A DNA stretch of 64,000 nucleotides from Squalus acanthias (lineage: Eukaryota): contig CM059432.1 of assembly GCA_030390025.1 (NCBI GenBank), positions 85,624,001 to 85,688,000 of the forward strand. Reading direction: 5' to 3'. Both the position numbers and the translations under genes were made by a program. The stretch's first letter is position 1, and each line of letters starts with the position of its first letter. Shown here in pieces: positions 50,318-61,765 of this stretch. The notes beneath the pieces were generated by a model. It was not told the DNA's origin. It ran no database searches and worked only from the letters and a program-made list of their open reading frames with translations.

Positions 50318-51873
50318 TTATTTCACAGTAAGTTGAACATACAAAACAGCAGTTATGATCAGACTCACTTAATTCAATCAATACAACTTATCTTCGCTTA
50401 ATAGTACAAAATAAAGAACATGTCATGCTTCTCCACATTGTTTGGTCAACCTACTTGACTAATATAGATGTCTTCAAGCACTTTTAACATCTATTCTTAG
50501 CAAAAAAAACCCTCACTGTTCCCTCTTTAAAAACCTGACTGCCTGCCCATTGTGTCTCTGTGTTTTATCTTTGTTTACACCTGGTAAACAATCAAAGACC
50601 TTCCAACACAATTGGCGGGAGGTGGTTATTGATTACAGGGACAAGCTAATGAATTGTTTATTGCTTCCAGTCTTTTGGGAAAATACCTCCCATACCACCT
50701 TTCATCTAGTTGCCTATTTTATAAACTTGAGAGACAAAACTTTGCTTTAAAAACCTAACACATCTTTTCTGTGTAAAAATAGTTTTAAAAAATGTCAAAA
50801 CATGGGCCCCAATATTAACTCCGAGGCACGTTGGGAGTGTGGGGGGGCCGATAACACGTGGGAAACCTAGAAGTAATTTCAACGTGTCTGTGGCATTTTA
50901 ATGCAGCCACCTCATTATCATTTTACTTCCGGGTTTGGTGTCGAAAGCGCGACAATGGGCATGATGCAGACCCGCATGACACGATTACAACTCAAGTTTT
51001 TAAAGGGCTAATCCAAAGATGGAATTTGGAGGAGTTGGATGGTTTTGCACAGAGACAGCTATTGTACAAGACGTGCTCAGGATGCTCAAAGGCTGCGTCC
51101 CGCTTTAACAACGTCTCCCTTGATATGCTGTTGGGTGCAGTGAGGAGTCGAAGAGAGATACTCTTCCCCAACAACGGGAGGAAGAAACCTGCTGCTGCTA
51201 CAAAGAAGGCGTGGCTGGATGTGGTCGAGGAGGTGAGCAGCAGGAGTATTGTGCCACGCTCCTGGATTCAGTGCAGGAAGCGCTTTAATGACCTAAGCAG
51301 ATTAGGAAAGGTGAGTACAGTTGCACATTCACCTACAATCTGCTGTGCACATCATCCCAACCCCTCACTCTGCTTTCTAAAGCCTACTTTCTCACACCCA
51401 CTTACCTTGCAAGAGCACCCATCCTTCTCTTTCTATGCACTTTCTCACATCACCATCTATCCATCCTCCATTGCCACTCACCCTGATCCTCATGCAATTT
51501 GATGCCTCTCCTTGATAGTCACCCTCACCAAGTGCACTGCATCCATCGGTGAGCACATGCCATTACAGTCACTCTTAGGTCTGTTCTTTCCCCTGTTGCA
51601 GGAGAAGACAGCACAGAACACTAGGGAGAGAGAGAGGACCAGAGGTGGTCCCCCACAGATCTCACAGCTGACAACTGCAGAGGAGGAGGCGCTAGAGATC
51701 AGTGGCATCTCACCGTCCCTGGCCATCAGAGATGGGAGATGGGGACCTCCAAGCTACCTAGTGACAGAATTAAATATCACCGACGCGCATGTCATACAAC
51801 ACTCAGTCATGTTCACTTGATTTCAGCAGTGAGTCGTGAGTCAAATATGATCATATTTATTATAATAAGTTAA

Positions 51874-52462
51874 GAACATAAGAACATAAGAATTAGGAGC
51901 AGGAGTAGGCCATACGGCCCTTCGAGCCTGCTCCGTCATTCAATAAGATCATGGCTGATCTTCGACCTCAACTCCGCTTTCCCGCCCGATCCCTATATCC
52001 TTTGATTCCCCTAGAGTCCAAGAATCTATCTATCTCAGCCTTGAATATACTCAATGATTCAACATTTACAGCCGTATCGGGTAGAGAATTCCAAAGATTC
52101 ACAACCCTCTGAGTGAAGAAATTCCTCCTCATCTCGGTCTTAAATGGCCGACTCCTTATCCTGAGACTTTGCCCCCTAGTTCTAGACTCTCCAGCCAGGG
52201 GAAACAATCTCTCAGCATCTCCCCTGTCAATCGCCCTCAGAATCTTATATATTTCAATGAGATCACCTCTCATTCTTTTAAACTCGAGAGAGTATAGGTC
52301 CAATCTACTCAATCTCTCCTCATAGGACAACCCATTCATCCCAGGGATCAATCTAGTGAACCTGCGTTGCACCGCCTCTAAGGTATGTATGTCCTTGCTC
52401 AGATAAGGAGACCAAAACTGTGCACAGGACTCCAGATGTGTCTCACCAAAGCCCTGTACATC
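51874..52462 (-). mobile_element. CR1 3' portion
   Basis: [24 protein letters not shown]; tail AAGAACATAAGAACATAAG on the + strand. Confidence 0.9.
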
Positions 52463-52991
52463 TTTCCACCATCTACAAGCCACAAGTCAGGAGTGTAATG
52501 GAATACTCTCCATTTCCCTGGATGAGTGCTGCTCCAACAGCACTCAGATGCTCTATACCATCCAGGACAAAGCAGCCCGTATGATTGGCACCCCATCCGC
52601 CACCTTAAACATTCACTCCTTCCATCACCAGCGCATCGTGGCTGCAGTGTGTACCATCTACAAAATGCACTGCAGCAACTCACCATGGCTAGTTCGACAG
52701 CCCCTCCCAAACCTACGACCTCTACCACCTAGAAGGATAAGGGCAGCAGGCACATGGGAACACAACCACCTGCAAGTTTCCCTACAAGTCACACTCCATC
52801 CTAACTTGGAAATATATCGCTGTTCCTTCATCGTCACTGGGTCAAATTCCTGAAACTCCCTCCCTAACAGCACTGTGGGAGTACCTTCACCTCAAGGACT
52901 GCAGAGGTTCAAGAAGGCGGCTCACCACTACCTTTTCAGGGGCAATTAGGGATGGGCAATACTGCTCACATCCCATGAATGAATAAAAAAA
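52463..52991 (+). mobile_element. 3' end of a second CR1-like LINE family
   Basis: TIYKPQVRSVMEYS and IQDKAARMIG motifs; tail CATCCCATGAATGAATAAAAAA. Followed by a short CR1 tail (~52997-53083). Confidence 0.7.
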
Positions 52992-54935
52992 TGTAGAAGA
53001 TCAGCCATGATCTTATTGAATGGTGGAGCAGGCTTGAGGGGCCATATGGCCTACTCCTGCTCCTAATTCTTATGATCTCATGTTTCGTTGTACCGATCAT
53101 GGGCTTCATTGGTGGGGTGTCTCACGGGTGCCATCAGCCAAGTTTGAAGCAGGTTTCCTTTGTCTCCTAGCAGCCACCCCTTAAGCCTGTTGCAGGTCCA
53201 ATGAGATCAGGGAGCTTGGACAGCTGCAGGATGAAAGCGTCATTGCAGCTTCCTGGGAATCTGTCACATACCTGCATAAATCTTTTCTTGTGATTGCACA
53301 CCAGCTGCACTGTGATGGAGTTGAAGCCCTTGCGGTTCACCAATACTCCTCGTTGATCTGGGGGTGCGCAGATTGCCACATGCGCAATCGATGACGCCCT
53401 GTTCCAGTGGGAAGTTCTTTATGATTCATGTCACCAGAGCAGACTAGAAAAGGCCAAGAAAAATCTGGAAAAAGTTTCACTTTCTGTATGAAAAAGAGGG
53501 AATACTTTGAAATAAAACTATTCCATCTACATTTTCCTTGTGCTTTTACTATATGCAGAGTAGAACCTCCTGAAGGAGGCCTGATTACATCTGTAGATGA
53601 GATTGTGGCCAGCATGATGTAACAGACTGCCTGCAGTGTGACACATGGCCTGAACTACATAGAGTTCCCCAATAGGCTACTTTTATTTTTATCCAGGTCT
53701 CGCACCCCTTTTGAACCTGGTAACAAAAAGCCATGCTCTGCCTCACACCAGAGGCCTTTTGACATATCAGCTGTGGCTCAGTGGGTAGCACTCTCTAGGT
53801 GGGAGGGGCTAGGAGTGAGCAGGTGCTATTGGGTGTTTGATTACTGCAGGGAGTTGGAGTGAGTTTGTAAAACGTTGGTGGTGGGTTTTTTTTTCAGGTT
53901 TTAGGGCCTTTTTGGTCCATAAGCAGCAGCCAAATGGCTGCTGAGCTGGGCCCCTCCGAGGACAATGTTCCCAGGATGAATTTAATCAGGGGAGAAAATG
54001 TTGGGGGAAGGAAGAATAAAAGGCCCAAAGATTTGGGCCGGGACCCCAGGAGGTTTGGAAAAGAAAACACGGTGGCGGTTCAGTGCGAGGATAAGGAGAT
54101 ATGAGCTTGGGATAATATCCAGGCGGTACATGAGGACTGCGGTGAGGGAAGCTGCTTTGCCTGCCGGCCAAAGCCGAATGTTAGGTTCGAGGTGACGGTC
54201 AATGGCCGAGAGGAGGTGGAAAGACTTTTACTCAGTTTGAAGGTTGGAGATAAGTTCTTGGAGGTATCTCTGCTATATCCTGAAGAGGTGGTGGCCTCAT
54301 GCTTAAACCTGCCGGTTTATATTGAAGATGATGTGCTAATAAAAAAGTTGGAGTCGTGGGACATTAAAATTTGCTTGGCAATAAAGAGGAAATATTATCC
54401 AGGAATGCGGGTAGCAGATGGAACCCGTTATGTAAAGGTATGGTTCCCAGAGGGGGTGAAGTCATTGCCATATAGCTTGAATTTTGAGACAATGGAAGGA
54501 GTGCATTACTTCCGGGTACTGCATGATAACCAGGTGAAGGTTTGTTACTATTGTCTTGGACACGACCATCTTGTAAGAAGCTGTCAGACTTGTACTGTTA
54601 TAACTGCGGCGAGTCTGGACACATCGCTCAGAGCTGCAAGGCGGAGAGCTGTGGGGTGTGTCACAAAGGCCCCACCCGCTGTGAGTGTGAGGCAAAAAGA
54701 AGCCCCTTGAGTGATGAGGAGATGGGAGAAGGAGCAGGAGGTATGAGTGGAGCGGCCGGAGGAGCGGAGCAGGCGTAGGACACAGCTGGTGAATGGAAGG
54801 AGAAAAAAGTGCAGGAAGAGGCAGAAAATTGCGGAGAAGAGAACAGGATGGAGATGGTGAAAAATACGCCAAGTATGGTGGAAAAGGACAAAGACAGCAG
54901 AGGGCAGCACGGGCCGAGGACAGAGTCGAGCCAAG

Positions 54936-57511
54936 CCCCGAACAGTAGCAATACTGTTGGACAGAGTATAAATCAACAAATAATGGAGGCCTGTAAAAAA
55001 GGTACGGTAATATTCATGGGTGATTTTAATCTCCATATTGATTGGACAAACCAAATTGGCCATGGTAGCCTTGAGGAGGAGTTCATAGAGTGTATTCGGG
55101 ATGGTTTCCTAGAACAGTATGTAATGGAACCAACCAGGGAGCAGGCTATCTTGGATCTGGTACTGTGTAATGAGACAGAATTAATAAATGATCTCATAGT
55201 AAAGGATCCTCTAGGAAAGAGTGATCATAACATGGTTGAATTTCAAATTCAGTTGGAGGGTGAGAAAGTTGTATCTCAAACCAGTGTCCTGATCTTAAAC
55301 AAAGGCAATTACAATGGCATGAGGGCAGAACTGGCTAAAGTGGACTGGAAAAATAAATTAAAAGGTAAGACAGTTGAAATGCAGTGGCCGACATTTAAGG
55401 AGATATTTTATAACTCTCAACAAAAAGATATTCCAGTGAGAAAGAAAGATTTTAAGAGAAGGGAGCACTATCCGTGGCTAACTAAGGAAGTAAAGGATGG
55501 TATCAAATTGAAAACGAAGGCATACAATGTTGCCAAGAGTGGTGGGAGGCCAGAGGATTGGGAAATTTTTAAAAACCAGCAAAGGATGACCAAAAAAATA
55601 ATAAAGAGAGAGAAGCTGAATTATGAGAGTAAACTGGCAAGAAATATTAAAACAGAAAGTAAGAGCTTCTACAGGTATATAAAAAGGAAGAGAGTAGCTA
55701 AAGTAAACGTTGGTCCCTTAGAAGATGAGAATGGGGAATTAATAATGGGGAACGGGGAAATGGCAGAGTCTCTGAACAAATATTTTGTATCTGTCTTCAC
55801 GGTAGAAGACACTAACAACATCCCAATAATGGATAATCAAGGGGCCACAGGGAGGGGGGAACTAATGACAATCACTATCACTAAGGAAAAAGTACTTCGT
55901 AAAATAATGGAACTAAAAGACGACAAGACCCCTGGACCAGATGGCCTGCATCCCAGGGTCTTAAAAGAAGTGGCTGTAGAGATAATGGATGATTTGGTTG
56001 CAATATACCAAAATTCCCTGGATTCTGGAGAGGTCCCAGCAGATTGGAAAATCGCAAATGTAACTCCCCTATTTAAGAAAGGAGGGAGACAGAAAGCAGG
56101 AAACTATAGACCAGTTAGCCTAACATCTGTCGTTGGGAAAATGCTGGTGTCCTTCATTAAGGAAGCAGTAGCAGGGCATTTGGAAAATCATAATGCAGTC
56201 AAGCAGAGTCAGCATGGTTTTATGAAAGGGAAATCATGTTTAACAAACTTGCTGGAGTTCTTTGAGGAGGTAATGAGCAGGGTGGACAAAGGTGAACCAG
56301 TGGATGTGGTGTATTTGGATTTCTAGAAGGCATTCGATAAGGTGCCACATAAAAGGTTACTGCATAAGATAAGAGCTCACGGAATTGGGGGTAATATATT
56401 AGCATGGATAGAGAATTGGCTAACTAACAGAAAGCAGAGAGTTGGGATAAATGGGTAATTTTCCGGTTGGCAAACGGTTACTAGTGGGGTGCCACAGGGA
56501 TCGGTGCTGGAGCCTCAACTATTTACAATCTACATTAATGACTTGGATGAAGGGACCGAGTGTAATGTAGCCAAGTTTGCTGATGATACAAAGATGGGTG
56601 GGAAAGCAAGTTGTGCAGAGGACTCAAAGAATCTGCAAAGGGATATAGACAGGCTAGGTGAGTGGGCAAACATTTGGCAGATGGAGTATAATGTGGGAAA
56701 CTGCGAGGTTATCCACTTTGGCAGGAAAAATAAAAAAGCAAATTATTATTTAAATGGAGCGAGATTACAAAATGCTATAGTTCAGAGGGACCTGGGGGTC
56801 CTTGTGCATGAAACACAAAAAGTTAGCATGCAGGTACAGCAAGTAATCAAAAAGGCAAATGGAATGTTGGCCTTTATTGCAAGGGGGTTGGAGTATAAAA
56901 GCAGGGAAGTCCTGCTACAACTGTACAGGGTATTGGTGAGACCACACCTTGAGTACTGCGTACAGTTTTGGTCTCCTTATTTAAGGAAGGATATACTTGC
57001 ATTGGAGGCAGTTCAGAGACGATTCACTCGATTGATTCTTGAGATAAGAGGGTTGACTTATGAAGAAAGGTTGAGCAGGTTGGGCCTATACTCATTGGAA
57101 TTTAGAAGAATGAGAGGTGACCTTATTGAAACATATAAGATACTGAAGGGGCTCGACAAGGTAGATGCAGAGAGGATGTTTCCCTCGTGGGGAAATCTTG
57201 AACTCGGGGGCATAGTTTCAGAATAAAGGGTCGCCCTTTTAGAACTGAGATGAGGAGGAATTTCTTCTCTCAGAGGGTTGTAAATCTGTGGAATTCTCTG
57301 CCCCAGAGAGCCGTGGAGGCTGAGTCATTAAATACATTTAAGGTGGAGATAGACAGATTTTTGCAAGATAAGGGAGTGAAGGGTTATGGGGAGCAGGGCA
57401 GGGAAGTGGCTTTGAGCCCAAGATCAGCCATGATCTTATTGAATGGCGGAGCAAACTCGAAGGACCAAGTGGCCTATTCCTGCTCCCATTTCTTATGTTC
57501 TTATGTTCTTA
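54936..57511 (+). mobile_element. 5'-truncated CR1 inserted in the Tx1-like element
   Basis: APE and RT motifs in ORFs 54809-56326 and 56489-57226; tail TTCTTATGTTCTTATGTTCTTAT. Confidence 0.95.
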
Positions 57512-59643
57512 TACGGCTCGGCTGTTTTGGTAAGTCCGTCCATGAAAGAGAACGTTGCCTTGGTGGACAAGGACACTGAGGGGAGATTTTTACGGCTAAA
57601 GGTAAAATTGGAGGAATTTAATTGCGATCTCTTTAATATCTACGCACCGGACGACCATTGTAAGCGTTGCGAGTTTTTTTGGTGGTTATTCACTGAAGTG
57701 GCAGGGGCAGAAAACACTTGTATAGTGGGGGATTTTAACGTATTTTTTTTTATCTCGGATGGACATTTCAGCCCAGATGACCTTTAAGGATGATAACTCC
57801 AGAGGGATGATTGTAAAAATGATGGCAAATTTAAATTTGAGAGACTTATGGCGGGATCGGAACCCCATAAAAAGGGAGTTCTCCAGAAGAGGTTGGGTGG
57901 GTGATGTTTTAAAACAGCCGAATAGATTTTGTGTTAATGCGGGAAGGGTTAAGTTCTGAGGTGATGGAGATTTATTACAAAAAAGTATTTTTTAGTGACC
58001 ACTCAGCTTTGGTTCTTAGAATTAGGAACAGCAGAGTTAAGATCAGTCCAGGGGTGTGGATTTTAAACAATCAATACCTGAAAGAAATTGCTTATAAAGA
58101 AGGGATTTTAAATATAAATAATGCTCGGAAGGAACCTTTATTCTTGAAAGAAAGAAGAGTTTGGTGAGACAATTTCAAATATGATGTCAAAGTTTTTTCA
58201 GTATGTTATGGGAAAGAGAGAGCGGCAGCTAACCGACATCGAGAATAGAATATAAACAGAAGGTTTACAGATATCTGTAAAGCGGTTGACGGAGGGGATA
58301 AGGGAGCAGAGACTAAGTGGGTGGTTTTAAAGGAAGAGTGGGAATTATTGCAAGCTGATAAATGCAAGGGGGCCATTCTCCGTGCAAAGGCTAAAGATGT
58401 GTTGGAGGGAGAAAGATGCACCAGATACTTTCTAGAGCAAGAGAAGCTGTGACAAAGGTTATCATTAATTGGAGAGTTGAAGGTTGGGAAGAAGATCATT
58501 CATGAAAGTGGGGAGATTTTGGAGGCGGCTAGTAGCTTTTATCAAGAGTTATATACGAAAGAAGACATTTCCAAATTGGCGATGGAGAAGGTTAGTGCTT
58601 TTATTGAAGAGGGTTTAAAGGAGGATGAGAGAAGCATGTGTGACAAAGAAGTAGGATTAGCGGAAATAAAAGTAGCAATAAGTGGAATGAAGGGGGGGAA
58701 AGCCCAGGGTCTGATGGACTAAGTGCAGAATTTTATAAAGAATTTTTAGAGATTTTAAGTCCATTACTCTTAGAGGTTTTTAAGGAGATTAAAATTGAGG
58801 GAAGCCTGGCCCCATCTATGAGAAGAGATATCACAAGCTTAGCTTATAAAAAATAAAGGGGATAGAAGGGATCTAAAGAATTGGAGGCGTATCACATTAT
58901 TAAATGTGGATTATAAGATCTTGGCGAGGGTTATGGCAAATCGTATGAAGGAGGTGATGCCGCAGATAATTTTGCCCTCTCAGTCCTATGGTGTCATAGG
59001 CCGGGACATCGCAGACTCTGTGGTCTCATAGAGCTCATGGAAGAGAGTGGGAGAGAGGCTTATGTGTTAAAGATAGATCAAGAGAAAGCCATTGATAGGG
59101 TGTTTATTGAGTTTTTATTGATGATTTTGGAAGCATTTGGTTTCGAGAAAAATTTCATTGAGTGGATAAGGATTTTTTATTCAAACATATTTAGCTGTGT
59201 TAAATGTAATGGTTTTTTATCCAAGTATTTTCCGATACAGAGGTCAGTGAGACAGGGTTGTCCCCTGTCCCCATTGTTGTACACATTGGTAGCAGAACCA
59301 TTAGGTTACATGATGCGAAAGGAACAAGGCATATTCGGGATTGCGGTTCTCAGTTACGGGCGGGTGTCGGTGATACACCAATATGCAGATGACACAACCT
59401 TAACGTTGAGAGATGGGGAGTCAGTGAGGAAAGCTATGGGAGTAGTGGAGGAGTATTGTTGAGCTTCAGGAGCCAGAGTGAATTATAGTAAGTCCAAATG
59501 CCTGGTTGCAGGAAGGGGTAGGGTGAATGGTTGCAGGAAAGCCCCTTTAAGGTGGTGGAGGTTTTGGAAGTTCTGGGGGTGCATATGGGATGAAGAAGGA
59601 CAGGGATGAAGTGGATCAATTAAATTGGGAACTGAAAGCTATG

Positions 59644-60481
59644 GGGGGAAAAATTCGGTTGGTTAGCGCCTCCCGTTAGCGCCTCCGAGGGGCGCTAACG
59701 GGCGCTAGGGACTTAGCACCCGAGCACAGCGATTTTAGCGCCGCTTGCGAAATTGACCAGTCTTTTGCGGCGGCGCTAAGCACTACCGCCATGACCTCCT
59801 ATGCCCGCAGATCGTGACATCAGTCGAGCGTGCAACGCCCCGATAGCGCCCCGGACTGGAAATTGAGTTGCGTCCCCTGCCTTAGCGCCTGCCACTAGGA
59901 ATGACAGGTACAGGGGAAGGTTTTCAAGTCGGGAAGGGGCTGGGGGAGCGCTATTTAAAGACAGGCGCTTCCTGCCTTTTCTTGTCGGCAAAATTTTTGG
60001 TACACGCAGGTTGAGAGGGAGAGAGACGTCTGGAGAGATTTCATGCTGTCCTTAGGAGTTTTGGCCCTCAGCACCACTTTTGAGGTTCCTAAGCACCGAG
60101 CTCTTTCCCTGGGCCTATCCATTAGTGCTTCCAACAAATTGCTTTAGAGGTCTCTCCAGGCCGAGATTCAAGGCTGCAATGAGCAGGGTGTGGCTGGCCA
60201 GCAAGATGGCCCCTCCCCTTTAAAAACTGGACGGCGCCAGTCTGTCTGGCTTCCATGGTACCTGACATTGCCTGAGCTTTGGTAGCGTTCTGAGGTAGCG
60301 CCTCGCTCCCCGACGTTTGCGCCTTAAGAGAGGTGTGTAGCGCCTGATTTAGCGCTCAAATCACCTCCAGGGGCGATAGAGGCGAATTTTGCAGTCAGAG
60401 GCGATAATTAGTGCCGGGCACTAAACTTTGCGCCCAGCCGATATTAGCGCCCCAAAATGGGTGATACCCAATTTTTCCCCC
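59644..60481. mobile_element. Complete 838-bp MITE inserted in Tx1 ORF2
   Basis: Perfect TIR GGGGGAAAAATT / AATTTTTCCCCC and TSD ATG (59641-59643, 60482-60484). Confidence 0.9.
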
Positions 60482-61765
60482 ATGAAAATTTAAAAGATTT
60501 TGGGAATAAGGGAAAGAAGGTGGTTGAAAGTGCAAGGAAGAGCGATAGTGGTGTCAACTCTCCTGCTATCTAAACTATGGTACTTATTGACGGTGGAGGA
60601 TATGCCTGAATGGGTGGAAAAGTCCATCCAAGAGGCTTGTGTGAGGTTTTTATGGGAAGGGAAACCAGCCTTGGTTGCTTACAATACCACCATTGGATGG
60701 AGAAATCAGGGAGGACTCAATTTCCCAGATACTGATTTGAAGAAAAAATCCTTTAGAATCAAATGGGTGAAGAGATTTCTTCAGAAGTCAAACACAAGTT
60801 TTTGGAAGAGTTGTTTTGAGCATTTTTTTAAATGAAGTGGGATAGGAAGGCAGGGGATATTGTATATGGAATACAATTATATGTTTTTGAAATCAATTAA
60901 ACCTCTCCCTAGGTTTTATAAGGGGGTTGTAGAAACTTGGGCCTAATTTTTAAAAAGTGTGCAGTTTATGCCCAAGGATGCTGAGGAATTTTTAGAACAG
61001 TCCTTATTTTTATTTTTAAACAGGTGGGTCAGTATTGAAGTATTATTTAATCAAGCTGGTATTATATATGTGAAAGATGTATTATATGAAGTAATTCCAG
61101 GTTGGTTGCCGGAAGCGATAGTGAGGGACATGGTTTGGGAGGAGGATCAGGAGGTAGAGGAAAAAGCAATTATGATCATGTATGAGAAGATTTTGAGATC
61201 AATGACACAGGATTAGATGGAAGAAATAAATGCGCAAATCTCCAAAGGAAGTAAAATGCGTGCTGCTTTTCCAAGCTTTCTGCTGGAGAAAGGGGAGGAG
61301 TTGGTCCAATTTGACAACTGTAATACTTGAGATTTCTATGGGGTATTTAGAGAATGGAGATTCAACACACCTGCTGGTCAGGAGTTTTGGCAGGGTATAT
61401 ACCCACTGTTGGAATTCAACAGGATTTGGAAGGGAGTGTGGACAAATTTTAAATGTCAAGAGTGGATTGAACTGGATTTCAAATCGGCTCACAACCGGAT
61501 TTTTACCATGACGGTCTTATGTAAGATTGGGTGAGTGGAGGTGGCAACTTGCCCAGTGTCTGGGACACGGAATGAGACTCTGTCCCATTTACTGGTGTTA
61601 TGTCCGCAGTTAAAGGATTTTAAGTACTATGTTGAACAGTTGTGTGAGATTTTTTTGCTGGGTGGGAACCGAAGAGTGAGAATGGGAATCCCGTGGGACC
61701 TAATTTTGAGATGAGGATTGCAGGAGAGTCTGCTTGAGTCTAGCTGAGCGGCAATTAATTTAAGC

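Larger units (their letters stand above)
50804..53410. mobile_element. Decayed Harbinger in reverse orientation: Myb-like gene (+, exons ~51090-51310 and 51602-51760) and transposase remnant (-, ~53095-53410)
   Basis: RFNNVSLDMLLGAV..KKAW..RSWIQCRKRFNDL..K|GTGAGT...TTGCAG|EK..RERTRGG; on the minus strand NRKGFNSITVQLVC..FPGSCNDAFIL. Confidence 0.8.
53796..61765 (+). mobile_element. Tx1/L1-clade non-LTR retrotransposon, decayed (ORF1 ~53933-54930, ORF2 ~57512-61765)
   Basis: ORF1 has GTRYVKV and zinc knuckles CYYCLGHDHLVRSC and CYNCGESGHIAQSC. ORF2 has NIYAP, GDFN, SDHS, ITLLNVDYKILA, DQEKAIDRV, VRQGCPLSPLLY, YADD and C-terminal CP....ETLSHLL..C. Confidence 0.88.

Noticed and set aside
53768..53795. 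Bona fide tRNA gene (also considered at 12603 and 35187)
   Set aside because: Only A-box-like or A/B-box-like heads are present, with no complete cloverleaf; these are SINE-derived.
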